Source of the DNA: Vicugna vicugna
Lineage: Eukaryota
Direction of reading: 5' to 3'
Assembly: GCA_013265495.1 (NCBI GenBank)
Contig: MU058531.1
Span: 1,798,911-1,862,910 of the forward strand
Length of the DNA stretch: 64,000 bases
Shown here: piece after piece, positions 1 to 12,040 of the stretch
Layout: the number at the start of each line of letters is the position of its first letter
How positions within the stretch are numbered: the first letter of the stretch is position 1
The notes under the pieces: generated by a model
Told to the model about the DNA's origin: nothing
Databases searched by the model: none
Seen by the model: the letters and a program-made list of their open reading frames with translations, nothing else
Translations under genes and position numbers: made by a program

Positions 1-939
1 GGTATACTCAGAACTAGATTAAATGCAGCCAGAATTTCCATTGTCCTGCCAGTTCTTTAAATCAAGCCATACAGTTTTTATTGAGCACCTAACACGTGCA
101 ATGTCTATCATTACATCTTATTTAAAATGAAATATGTTAACAGTTAATTACATGAAACAGAGATATGACTTCCATAACGGTCCAGATGACTGAGGTATAT
201 ACCTACATTTTCGCGTTTTTTAAAATATGATCAAGTATGAACAGAATTGTTTTTTAAAACCTACTGGAGTACTCAACTTCTATAATTCACTTCTGAATTT
301 AGAAGGTTAATGGGAAAGTTTCAGAACATGGGGCATTACTCCATTTAAAAGCAGTACGTCTAAAAGAATTCAAAAGCAGTCATCCTGAAAGTCTTTTCAC
401 TGGACCCAGTTTTGACCTCCGAATGGCTTCTCTCCCTCTAGATATCTATAATACCAAACAGCACCCAAGTTAATAGTAATTTTCGAAAGAGGAAAAAGGT
501 TGGTAATCTTGTGAGCTGATAAGGTGAGAAGACACTGAACATTCAACCTGGCTCAGGTTATCCATTGCTGGTGATTACATTTTAATATAAGTGTGTTAAA
601 CAGTGTATACTGTATCCTGCTTTTCACAGGAGACTCACATCACTTTAGCCACTTTTGCCCCTTGTTTTTTCAGCCTCTCTCTGTATGCATCTCTCCACCC
701 AGTCTATAGTTTTTGCACATTTAAGGTACGCCTACTTCTGTTTCCACTATTTCTTCTGCTCTTAATCAAGGTCCAGACTCAATTTTTTTTTTTAACTTCT
801 CCGGTGTCTCAAAGACTCTCCATGCCTTTGACACGCTCATCCCAAGCCCCACCCCCATCCCAGCCCGATTCTAGACCCTGGAATCATCACCACCGGCTAC
901 TCGGTATCTCTTGGCCTAGGATACCCTTAGCTTCCCCTC

Positions 940-1830
940 CCCGGCTGCGCACATACCCCCCCTCCTTCGTCTCCCAATCCCTACACCCGCCCCCCGGCCC
1001 CAGGCCCGCAGCCTCAGCCATTCCAGAAATTGACAAAGAAATTGCAGAGGGAGTGCCACTTCTCAGCACAGTAGGTCTCCGTGAGCTTCGCGTTCTCGTC
1101 AAGCCCGTCGGGATCGGATCTGGTCCCCAGGGGTCGCTCCGCGTCCGGGCCCGAGGCCGCCTTCCTCTTGCTGCCTTTGGTCTTCTCAGAGGGCTTCTCT
1201 TTGGGCGGTGAGCTCGGGGGAGGCGAGGCCCCTGCGGCCGGGCCGGGCGCGGGCTCCCGGGGCCGACCCCGGCTCCGGGCCCGGAGCTTGGGATCCCGGG
1301 GGAAGCCCGCCGCCGCTGTGGGGCCCGCGGGTGGGGACGCGTGGGGCAGCAGGCGCAGCTCGGCGCCGTGGCCTTTCCTGCCGGCGCACAGGCGGGCCCT
1401 GAGCGGCGCGGGGTCGTGGCAGGGCCGCCGCTTCCTGCGCAGCACCCCCAGCACCTGCTTCCAGAAGTGCGCGCGGCGGGCGGCGTAGGCGGCGCAGCGC
1501 CTGGGCTCCCCGCGGTAGGCGCACTGGTGGCGCGCCCCGTCCGGGCCTTGGCAGCGCAACGCCAGCTCGCTGCCCAGTGCGGGCCCTGGGGCGGCCGGCA
1601 GGAGCTGCCAGCTGCACGCGTGCCGCTCGGGGCTGATGAAGCGGCCCGAGGAGCCGCCCGCGGGGCCCGGGGCCGACTCTGCCGCGCTGCTAGCCGCCCC
1701 CTTGTTCCTACGGGCGGCCGCGAGGAGGCAGCCACCCAGCAGTAGCAGCGGCGGCAGCAGCGAGATCGACGCTCGCAGCCTTAGAGGACTCATGGCTCTC
1801 GGTATCTGCTCTCAGGTCGGCTCCCCAGGG
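940..1830. other. CpG island over the FGFBP3 coding exon
   Basis: Very high GC and dense CpG relative to AT-rich flanks (by eye). Confidence 0.85.
1014..1793 (-). CDS. FGFBP3: Fibroblast growth factor-binding protein 3 (259 aa, secreted), intronless CDS
   Basis: Signal-peptide-like N-terminus (MSPLRLRASISLLPPLLLLGGCLLAA), FGFBP-family cysteine pattern (ACSW..LRCQ..HQCAYRGEPRRC..FWKQV..RPC..LC) and C-terminus TYCAEKWHSLCNFFVNFWNG; neighbour of BTAF1 as in other mammals. Confidence 0.97.
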   Translation of the reverse strand: MSPLRLRASISLLPPLLLLGGCLLAAARRNKGAASSAAESAPGPAGGSSGRFISPERHACSWQLLPAAPGPALGSELALRCQGPDGARHQCAYRGEPRRCAAYAARRAHFWKQVLGVLRRKRRPCHDPAPLRARLCAGRKGHGAELRLLPHASPPAGPTAAAGFPRDPKLRARSRGRPREPAPGPAAGASPPPSSPPKEKPSEKTKGSKRKAASGPDAERPLGTRSDPDGLDENAKLTETYCAEKWHSLCNFFVNFWNG

Positions 1831-1882
1831 ACCCCTGGATGCTTCAGTGGTGGCAGGGCCAGGAGAGCAGCATCCCTTGAAC

Positions 1883-2241
1883 CTGGGGACAGAGGCAAAG
1901 ACGGCTACTGACTCAGCCCTTGGTCCAGGCGCATGCACCTGTCAATCCCCCTCCCTTGACTTTCTGGGTGCTAGTTTCCAGTGGGCAGCAGCAGCCTGCG
2001 AGGGGACCCTCTGAAAAGTTTTCCTGGGAAAAAGCCAATTACTGTCTAAATAATCTTTTTGAAACTATTTGGGTATTGAGATTTTCTCCCACGTGCAAAT
2101 ACGATAGCAAAGAGATGCCTGATAATTAGCACCTCCACCCCTTCCTCCACCCCTCCCTTCTCTACCCTCCAGTAAATTATCTACACAATCATTTCAGATT
2201 TTTCTTTGGAAAAATGCACCTTTACTGCACTTTGAACTTAC
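1883..2241 (-). other. FGFBP3: FGFBP3 5'UTR intron (donor TCG|GTAAGT at 2242/2241; acceptor ctctgtccccag|G at 1883/1882)
   Basis: Near-consensus GT donor and pyrimidine-rich AG acceptor on the minus strand upstream of the ATG; fits the recalled two-exon structure. Confidence 0.75.
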
Positions 2242-2320
2242 CGAGTTCTAGGAGAGGTGGCGGAGCCTTATTAAGGTAGAGGAAATGACTGCAGGAAGGA
2301 TTAGTCTGTTTTAGTCGGCT
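2242..2320 (-). promoter_or_regulatory. FGFBP3: Putative FGFBP3 non-coding exon 1 / core promoter; TSS not resolvable
   Basis: Directly upstream of the donor; AT-rich TTAATAAG element near 2267-2274 on the minus strand. Confidence 0.5.
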
Positions 2321-2418
2321 CCCAGTGAATGAATGTGTTATCAATGGGACCGAAGGGGCCTCCCCCACTATGCCCCTCCCAGACTTCTCTCTCACTGGGA
2401 GATTTCCCACCAGCATAC

Positions 2419-2426
<8 letters not shown>

Positions 2427-2462
<36 letters not shown>
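2427..2462. repeat. (CA)18 microsatellite
   Basis: Perfect dinucleotide run. Confidence 0.97.
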
Positions 2463-2464
<2 letters not shown>

Positions 2465-3879
2465 TGTATGATAGACTTGGCAATGTAACACGAAATAGAA
2501 ATCTCCTTTTTTGCTTCCTGTGTAAAAAATAATCACGGGAATTTTAACAAATCATTCTTTTCTTTCCTTTTTATATATTTAATCATCTGAAAATAAAAGT
2601 TAAACAGAGAGATGTAAGTTTTAAGAGTTAAACAAAATGAAATGAAACAAAACAAATGTCAATATTCTAAACCAGGCACTATTTATATTTATATCATTCT
2701 GAGTTCTGTATTTTCACCCATCATTTCCGATAGATTTTCTCATCCTAGTAACTTAATCATAATAACTGTTACTAATAATGAAAAAATCCTAGTTTATTGA
2801 TACATTATACTGCCCAGGGGTGAGCATTTGGTCTTTTGATTATTTTTAGGTATTATAAATCCATTGTAAACTTCTTACAAAAATTAGAAGTTTTTAAAAA
2901 TTTATTGTGATTATAGTGCAGGGCACTGTTACCAATTCAAATTAATGTGTTCTTGAATTTTGAAAATTTTATATCTAAGCAAAGCTATTTTTTACACTTC
3001 AGGATATACCATTATCTTTTAGAAAATGTTCTCAGTAATAAATGTGACTTTTTTATTTCAAGAGTTTATACCTCTGACTATAATTGTTTTATACAAGTAG
3101 TTTCCTGAAATACTTCTCTGGGATGTCAAGAAATCTCTTTACATTTCCTAATGTCTTCCTGTGGACAATATTTTCTATTACTGAGCTCCTATTGGTATTG
3201 TATTCTAACAGTTACAATTTGATTACTACTTTAAAACCAAAATATTTTAGAATTAAAATGTATTTAAATATGTTTTAGCACATAGTGAATAGACAGTAGC
3301 GTATATTGACCTATGAAAGGGCATTGCCACCACTTTGGTGAAATCAAAGAGATTAAAGGACTTACTCAATGTCACACATCCTTTAGTGGTAAAACCACAA
3401 GGCACCTGACTGTCAGTGATCAATGATCTTTTACATTTCAGCTTTGTATTTCACTACTATCACTTTCAAAGTTAATTATATCTTAATTACACCAATTCAG
3501 TTTATACTGAAAAACAACTAGTACTAATGAAGTTAAGAAATATTAACATACGTTTCATAAACAAAGTAGCTGATTAACACATTTCACAGATGGAAACATT
3601 CTATCCCAGAAAACCGTATTTGTATGAGCAAAGCACAGAGTATTTACAGGTTTCTATCTGATGCTCTGGCATTACTTAATATTATCAACTACAGAACCCA
3701 ACTGGAGTACTTTTTCAGCTAAAGAGTGACATCTTGTGACATTCTTCACTAATTACAATGAAAAAAATTTATTATTGAAAAGTTATTCTAGAGACCATGC
3801 TTTCTGTCATAAACATTGCCCCAAGAACAAAATTAAGGGCACACAGATGTGCTGTGTCATGTCAGAAAGGGGAAACTTC

Positions 3880-5220
3880 TTTTTTTAATATGTATATATT
3901 TATTGAAGTACAGTCAGTTTACAGTGTGTCAATTTCTAGTGTACAGAAAAATGGTTCGGCTATACATGAACACACATATATTTGTTTTCATATTCTTTTT
4001 CACCATAAGTTACTACAAGATATTGAATATGGTTCCCTGTGCTGTACAGTATAAACTTATTTATCTCTTTTATAGGTATTAATTAGTATCTGCAAATCTC
4101 AAACTCCCAATTTATCCCTTCCCACCCCCTTCCCCCCCTGGTAACCATAAATTTGTTTTTTATGTCTGTGAGTCTATTTCTTTTTTGTAAATAAGTTGAT
4201 TTGTATAATTTTTTTTAGATTCCACATGTGTGATATTATATGATTTTTTTTTCTTTGTCTTACTTACCTCATATAAGTAGAATCATACAGTATTTGTCCC
4301 TTTGTGACTAGCTACTGTCATTTAACATAGCGTCTTCAAGATTCATCTATTTTGTAGACTGTGTCAAATTTCCTTTCCTTTTTAAGGCTGAATAATATTC
4401 CATTGTATGTATATTCCACATTTTTTTTTATGCATTCATTGGTTGATGGGCAATTGCGTTGCTTCCACCTTTTGGCTTTTGTGAATAATACTGCTGGGAA
4501 TATGTGTGTACAAATATCTGTTTGATTTTCTGCTTTTAGTTCTTTGGGATATATACCCAGAAATGGAATTACTGAATCATATGGTAATTTTATTTTTAAC
4601 TTTTTGTTTTGTTTTGTTTTTAGTGGAGGTACTGGGGATTGAGCCCAGGACCCTGGGCATGCTAAGCACATGCAGTACCACTGAGCTATACCCCCACTGC
4701 ACACCCATTTTTAACTTTTTAAGGAACTTCATACTTTCATACTGTTTCCTGTAGTGACTGCGCCATTTTACATCCCAACCAACAGTGCACAAGGGTTCCA
4801 GTTTCTCCAAATCCTTGCCAATGCTTGTTATTTACTGTTTTGTTTGTTTGTTCCCTTGCGTGTGTGTGTGTGTGTATGTGTTTTATAATAGCCGCCCTAC
4901 CGGGTGTGAAATGGTATCTCATTGTGGTTTTGATTTGCGTTTCTCTAAAGATTAGTGATGTTGAGCATCATTTCATGTGCTTATTGGCCATTTGTGTATA
5001 TCTTCTTTGTAGAAATGTCTATTCCAGTCCTTTATGTGCTTTTAAATCAGGTTGTTGAGTTGTAGGAGTTCTTTATGTATTTTAGATATTAACTTCTTAT
5101 CAGTTATATTATTTGCAAATATTTCCTCCCATCCTGTGGGTTGTATTTTCACTCTGTGAAATAGTGTCCTGTTGATAGTGTCCCTTGATGCACAAAAGTT
5201 TTAAATTTTGATGTAGTCAA
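3880..5220 (-). mobile_element. LINE-1 3' region(s): 3'UTR plus ORF2 C-terminal remnant, probably composite
   Basis: Poly-T start; minus-strand ORFs with L1 ORF2 motifs (LPYDSVIPFLGIYPKE, MRYHFTP, KRWKQ). Confidence 0.9.
4606..4706 (-). mobile_element. tRNA-derived camelid-type SINE (Vic-1-like) inserted in L1
   Basis: Minus strand GGGGGTATAGCTCAGTGGTA...GGGCTCAATCCCCAGTACCTCC plus A-rich tail; 14-bp TSD atttttaacttttt at 4592-4605 and 4707-4720. Confidence 0.9.
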
Positions 5221-5754
5221 AAGGAAGATACTTTTTAAAGTATCATGATATGAGATACATAAGAAAAGATGAAATATATATCTTAATATTGATTTTTTAA
5301 AATAATCTTGTTTGCCTCAGTAATCCAACAGACCTGTTTGGATTCACATCTAATAGTTTAGAATGGGGTAAAATTTCTTGATGATTTCAGTGACTGCCTG
5401 CTTGGTCCTGCCCTATGTGAATCCTACAAAGGAAAAATCTTACCGTAAGAAACAGCGTCTAAGCAGCCCTTCTTTCCCATCTTCCCCTAGAAAAGGTTTC
5501 TGTAGCACTTGGCCCAAAAAACTTCTATGGTGGATGAGTAAAGGAAGGTGTCATCCTGCCTCTCAATTTCTTACATAATTCTTCCTGCATGTAAAATCAA
5601 TTTGGCAGAGTTTAACATTTAACCTTTCTTCATTTCATGTGTATTAGCCTAATCTCCCAAATTATATTGTAATGTTTTTAGACAAAGATACCTTTTCCAA
5701 TTTCTTTTGTACCTAATTCAGTGCTCAAGGCAAAAAGCTGATTGCTTGAACTCT

Positions 5755-6625
5755 CATACATTGCCCATAGGAGTATAAAATTGTACAATCACTTTTAAAA
5801 AATGAACATTTTCTTATAGATACTCTGATCTAGCCATTCGACTTCTAGGTATTTACATAAAGGAAATGAAAGCAAAATGACAGGTACAAGAATGTCTGTA
5901 GCATTTTAGTCATAACAGTCCCAAAGTGGAAACAATCGAGTTAGCCATCAACAAGTAAGTGGATAAACAAGTTGTGATACAGTCTGCTTTCTACTCAGCA
6001 ATAAAAAGGAATAACGTCTGCAACACACAACAAAGTGGGTTTATCTCAAAACCATAATGGTGTGCAAATGAAGTCATATACAGAAGAGCCCATATTGTAT
6101 CTGTATAAAGTTCTGCATCTATATAAAGTTCTAGAACAAACAAAATTAACCAATGGTGGAAAAAAAAATCAGAACAGGGCTGCCTCTGGGGCATGAGTGG
6201 GGCTTGTATTAACCAGGAGAGGGTATTAAAAAAAAAAAACTTTCTAGGGGTTATGGCAATATATCTTGGTAGAGACTTGGATTACACTTAAGATGTGTGT
6301 ATTTCACTGTATGAAAATTTTACCAAACTCTCTCCCCCCCAAACCTGTAAACAATTATTAAACCCAAGTTAATTATTAACTCCATGCTGAAGTGTTTAGG
6401 GGTGAAGTGTATTGATATTTGCAACTTATTTTGAAACATATAAAAATTAATATAGATGGCATGAATAAAGGGAAATGAGTAGTAGAATTACGTGATAAAA
6501 CAAATATAGTAAAATATTCATTGTAGAATCTAGGTGTAGGTATATGAGTGTCCACTGAATAATTTTCTCTAGAGTTCCTGTATTTTTGAAAAATTTCATA
6601 ATAAATGGAGGAAAAAATAGAAAAT
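5755..6625 (+). mobile_element. Old LINE-1 (L1M-type) 3' end
   Basis: Degenerate ORF2-end/3'UTR motifs (aaagtggaaacaa, gtggataaacaagttgtg, ctactcagcaataaaaaggaa), A-rich end. Confidence 0.75.
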
Positions 6626-6824
6626 AACAAAAATTATTTTTAAATTACCATTAAAGTTAACTACCACTCCTACCATTAAAATTAGCATATATTAATATCT
6701 TGCCACATTTGTGTTCCACAATTTTATTTCAATTTCCTTTTAAAAATTTTAATGGTACATTCAACATAAAAAAACATAACAAAGTCAGCTGATTTCAAAA
6801 TTAAAAGTTACCTGCATTATGACT

Positions 6825-8205
6825 GAGTTGAAGAATAGTTGATGTAAAATATTATATAAGTTACAGGTGTACAATGTAGTGATTCACAAATTTAAAGTTT
6901 ATACTAAAAAAAAATAAAGGTTATACTCCATTTTTAGTTATTATAAAATATTGGCTATGTTGTACAATATATCCCTGTAGCTTACTTTATACCTAATTGT
7001 TTGTACTTCTTAATCCCCTACCCCTGTTTTGTCTCTCCCCCCTTCCATCTACCTGCTGGTAACCATTAGCTTGTTCTCTGTATCAGTGAGTCTGCTTTTT
7101 TTGTTATATTTACTAGTTTGATATATTTTTAGATTCTGTATATAAATAATATCATACAGTATTTGTCTTTCTCTGACTTATTTCACTTAGCATAATGACC
7201 TCCAAGAGCATCCATGTTGCTGCAAATGGCAAAATTTTTTGTTCTTTTTTATGGCTGAGTAGTATTCTGGTGTGTGTGTAAAAAATATATATATAATTAT
7301 AAATAAAAATAATATATATAATACACATATATACCAGATCTTCTTTATCTATTCACCTGTTGATGAACACTTATGTTGCTTCCATTTCTTGGCAACTGTA
7401 AATAATGCTGCTATGGATATTGGGGTGCATGTATCTTGTTGAATTAGTGTTTTTGTTTTTTTCAGATATACACCCAAGAATAGAGTTACTGGGTCATATG
7501 GTAGTTCTATTTTTAGTTTTTTGAGAAACCTTGATATGGTTTTCCACAGTGGCTGCACCAATTTGCATTCCCACCAACAGTATATAAGGGTTCCCTTTTC
7601 TTCACATCCTGGCCAACAAATTTGTAATCTGTGTTCCTTTTGATGATAGCCATTCTGACAGGTGCGAGGTGATATCTCATTGTGGTTTTGATGTGCATTT
7701 CTCTGATGATTAGTGATGCTGAACATCTTTTCACATGCCTGTTAGCTTTGGAAGAACGTTTATTTAATTCTTCTGCCCATTTTTAAATCAGATTATTTGG
7801 GGGTTTTTTGATGTTGAATTGTATGAACTGTTATATATGTTGGATATTAATCCCTTCTTGGTCGCATCATCTGCAAATATTTTCTCCCATTCAGTAGGTT
7901 GTCTTTTCGTTTTGTCAGTGGTTTCCTTGGCCATGCAAAAGCTTTTAAGTTTAATTAGGTCTCATTTGTTTATTTTTGCTTGTATTTCCTTTGCTTTAGG
8001 AAACAGATCCAAAAAAGTATCGCTGCGATTTATGTCAAAGAGTGTTCTGCCTACGTTTCCTCTAGAAGTTTTATAGTATCTGGTCTTATATCTGGGTCTT
8101 TAATCCATTTTGAGTTTATTTTTGTATATGGTGTTACAGAATATTTTCATTTCACTCTTTTACATGTAGTTGTCCAGTTTTCCCAGCACCACTTATTGAA
8201 GAGAC
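6825..8205 (-). mobile_element. LINE-1, 5'-truncated
   Basis: ORF2 C-terminal peptides ([37 protein letters not shown]) and L1 3'UTR. Confidence 0.93.
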
Positions 8206-8956
8206 GGTTTTTACACTTTTTTAGGAAAAAAATGCCAAGTAACTCTTCCATGTCGATTACCCCTTATAAACCCCATTTTCCTCCCCACCCCACTCCCACC
8301 AAGGAGTCATCAGCATTTTATCCTAAGTTTGCAGTGTATTCTTACAATCCACTTGTAATGATTTTATACTTTTTGTTGTTTATGGCTACATATGTATGTA
8401 GTGAAATGATTAAAAAACATGGGCAGGAAGTATACACAGAAACTTCACAATAACAGTTATTTCTGGGAAGGTAGGGAGGAGAATGGGGTTAAGAAAGAAG
8501 TAAAAGTTACACCTTTAATTTCATGCAAATTTATTTGAAGCAAATATGGTAAAATACTAACATTTGTTAAAACTGGGCGGGGAGCACATATGTGGAGTTT
8601 ATTCTCTACATTTTTCTGTATGTTGGAAATAATTCATAATTTAAAAATACAAATAGTATTGCTTTGTGAATATAGCTTTTAGAATTTAAAGAAATCATAT
8701 GACATTGTAAATATTGTTCTGCTTCATATTGACCTCTGAGCTTTGTCCATATTGGCATATGCAGATCTAGTAATTTACTTTAACTACAACTGTTGGTTTC
8801 TGATTATATGACTATATTACACTTAATTTATCCATCACTCTACTGATGGACACTTAGGTCATTTCTAGGTTTTCCAGATCATTAAAAGTGCTTCAGTGAA
8901 CACCCTGGTAGAGAGCTTCTTGTGTACAAGAGTGGAACCTAGAGTGGTGGTCTTTA

Positions 8957-9076
8957 TCTTTTTTCTTTCTTTTTAAAAATGATTTTAAATACCTTTATTG
9001 TGATATAATTTTGGTAAACTACACATGTTTCAGATGTACAATTTGATGAATTTTGATAGATGCATAATCTATGAAA
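8957..9076 (-). mobile_element. Very short L1 3'-end insertion with 18-bp TSD
   Basis: ctagagtggtggtcttta repeated at 8939-8956 and 9077-9094 around a T-rich tail and L1-end-like sequence. Confidence 0.8.
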
Positions 9077-9559
9077 CTAGAGTGGTGGTCTTTAAACTGG
9101 TGTGTTTGTACCCCTGAGGATACCAAAAACTTTTCAAGAAGTGTTTAGGCCTAAGTAGATTAAAAAAAAAATGATTCAAGATCCTCACCCTTCATGGACA
9201 AGCTTTCCTCCATGTATTTATCTCAACCCTAGACTTGGTTATGTCTGGGATGCTATGCTGGGTCTCCTTTTCCACATCCTTTCACAATTGCTCTTCTCTC
9301 CCTTGACTGCAGAAACGCAAAAGTTCTCATCCATATCAAATTTCACTTGAGATTTTATATATATATGCAGAATGTGATATATATGCATTTTATACCGTTT
9401 TTATTTTAAAAATTTAACTTGTTCATCTAAGATTTATTTTTGTGTTTAGCATGAGGTAACGTCATTATAGAGCTAACAACTGATGTAACAGTCTAAATAC
9501 TATAACTGGACAACCCATATTTTTATATTCATATCAAAATCTCTTTGATCATGTGAGAA

Positions 9560-9985
9560 GTATGAAGTTAATGGAAGTATCTTTCCAAAATCTTCCTAAA
9601 ATTCCCTGCAGTTATAGTAGCCATGTGACACAGTTCTGGCAATGAAATATAAGTCTGCTAAGAATTAGTGGGAATATTTTTGCTTTCTTGAGACAAACTT
9701 TATTCCTCTTCATTTTCCTCCTTCTTCCTAGATGTATGCTGCCTGCAGGTGAAGGAGCCACCTTTCCAGCTCTCCCAGTAGAACTTGTATCTCAGGGGAA
9801 GCTGACTTCATTCTCATCTTCTTGATGATTTAAGGATAATTTCATCCACACTGAAAGGTTTGTGTAGTTATGGGTGTGACCCAATTCTGCATACTTTGTG
9901 AAGTTTGTTGTCAGCTTCTGGGGAAGTTCTTCCCTGCTCTTAAAAAGGCTCAAGGAAAGCCATTCTTCCTCTGCCTTCCCTTGGA
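9560..9985. mobile_element. Degenerate ERVL/MaLR-type LTR fragments
   Basis: Motifs such as gccatgtgacacagttctggcaatgaaatataag resemble LTR16/MLT1 consensus from memory. Confidence 0.45.
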
Positions 9986-10364
9986 TGTTTTCCTTTTGCA
10001 GCATACAAGTTGTAGTTTACTGAGTTCAAGTTTATCTATTTTTATCTCCTCAATGGTAAATTTTTCTTGTGCATTAAGAAATCCTTTTCTATCCTAAGGT
10101 CAAATATTCTTCAATATAGTCTCCTAATAGATTCAGAGTTGTATTTTTCAATTTTAAATCTTTAATCCATCTGAGATTTATTTGGGGATATGATATGAAT
10201 TAGGGATTTGATTTTTCCCTCCACATGGAGAGCCAATTGTCCAACATTCTTTAACAGTTCTTTCGTCATTGATTTTTGAAGATACCTTTTTGGTGACTAA
10301 AAAAATAGCTAATATTTATTTAGCACTTAGTATTTTTTTCTGGTCAGTTAATATTTTCATTTTA

Positions 10365-10730
10365 AATTTATTTTAAATTTATTATATGTATATTTATAAT
10401 TGAAGTATAGTTTATGTATAATATATGTTACAGGTATACAATATAGTGATTCACAATTTGTAAAAGTCATACTCCATTTATAGTTATTATAAAATATTTG
10501 CCATATTCCCTGTGTTGTACAATATATCCTTGTAGCTTATTTTATACATAATAGTTTGTACCTCTAAATCCCCCTACCTCTATATTGCCCCTCCTTCCTT
10601 CCCTCTACCCACTGGGAACTACTAGTTTGTTCTCTGTATCTGTGAGTCTGCTTCTTTTTTGATTTTTTTTTTTTACTTTTTTGATTTTTTTCACTAGTTT
10701 GTTGTATTTTTTAAATTCCACATGTAAGTA
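10365..10730 (-). mobile_element. LINE-1 3'UTR fragment
   Basis: Clearly homologous to the L1 3' end at 6825-7150. Confidence 0.85.
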
Positions 10731-10795
10731 GCACTTTGTATTTTTTTTAAGTGTATCATACATCAAATTTAATCCTTACAACAACTTTAAACGTA

Positions 10796-11115
10796 CAGGT
10801 TCATGATCTGTTATTTACAGTTCTGGAATTGAAAAAGGCCTGTAAATGATACTTTAAAAAAAACTTCATTTGGTGGCAAAACCTGACCTAAGCTGCCACG
10901 CAGCTATTTACAGCTCTTATTTAGTCCTCTTAGTATGACTATTCATACACTTTGCTGCAGAACTATAAATGGATTTGATTATGGGGTGCTGCCATAGAAG
11001 CTGTTGAGGTGTGACATAATACAAGGTGTGTACACTGGATTCCTTTTCAAAATCTAACAAATTCTAAATTCAGAAAACCATGTAGCCAGAGTCTCAGATA
11101 AGGGTTGTGTATCAG
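10796..11115 (+). mobile_element. MER46C-like TcMar-Tigger MITE nested in a MIR
   Basis: TA-flanked; internal ttcatttggtggcaaaacctgacc and tttgattatggggtgctgcc match recalled MER46C; MIR sequence resumes on both sides. Confidence 0.8.
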
Positions 11116-11117
11116 TA

Positions 11118-11440
11118 CTATTATTATTACCATTTCAAAGCTGAGGACAGTGAGACATAGAAGTTAAGTCATTTGCTTAAGGTTGCATAGTTAACAAAAA
11201 GAGTATTCAACATAGTTAATGTTTTTGAGTGCTTATTGTTGCTGTCATTTGGTTAAATACTTTATACTCATTACCTCATTTAATCTTATCACAACCCTAT
11301 AAGGTACCATTTCCCATTTCCCAGAAGAAGGAACTGAAGCTTAGGTTCAGTTAAAAGTTCTACAACTCCTCTAGACACATAGCAGCTAAGTGTAGTGAGG
11401 AAAGATTTAAAAACAAGTCAGTCTGACTTCAGTATATTTG
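11118..11440 (-). mobile_element. MIR SINE fragments
   Basis: MIR core motifs (ttaatcttatcacaaccctataaggt; gctgaggacagtgagacatagaagttaagtcatttgc). Confidence 0.75.
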
Positions 11441-11559
11441 ATTATTGTACAAGGCCTTACCAAGCTATAACATCAACCCTTTCCTCCTTTCTATGTGTCA
11501 TTTAGAATTATATATCTGATTCCCTTTTGGCTATTAAAGAGCAAGATTTCTTAAAAATG

Positions 11560-12040
11560 TATCTCAGATCATTTTACTCACATGCTTAAAACCCTCCTAT
11601 GACTTTCCATTGCATCTAGACTAAAATCCAAATCCCTTACAGTGGCCCCTTTCTACCTGTCTCATCTCATCTCCCAAGATAGCCAGCTTCTCTTAGGTTT
11701 TCACATTAGGTGTATCCTCTACCTGGAAGGCTCCCCAGGTCTTCACATAGCTGGCTCCCTCGTATCATTCAGGCCTCAGCTGAAGCTCCTCCTTAGTTTT
11801 CTCCTAATTACCTAGTCTAGAATCTCTAATCACCCTCTTTATCCCATCATTCTGTTTTACATAGAATATAAACATGCTATTTTCTTGTTTACCTGTTCAC
11901 TCTCTTTCCTTCCATTAGAATAACTGTAAGTTCAACTTGAGTGGGCACCTTGTCTTTTTGGTTTCTTTTGAAGCCCTTATCTCTAGCACAGAGTTTAGCA
12001 TGTGGTAAGTACTTAATTTGGGCTGAATAAATGAATGTAG
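11560..12040 (+). mobile_element. LINE-2 3' end
   Basis: cttaaaaccctcc...aaatccaaatccctta motif and terminal tgaataaatgaatg. Confidence 0.75.

Noticed and set aside
77..82. Minus-strand AATAAA as the FGFBP3 poly(A) signal
   Set aside because: Sits in an L2/MIR-end-like motif (tttattgagcacct); the true 3' end may lie outside the window, so it cannot be supported
603..1938. Many long overlapping ORFs on both strands around FGFBP3
   Set aside because: Expected from stop-codon scarcity in a very GC-rich exon; only 1014-1793 (-) has family motifs
4606..4706. tRNA-Ala-like sequence (also at 34388, 36269, 39419)
   Set aside because: A-rich tails, TSDs and degenerate stems mark these as SINEs, not tRNA genes
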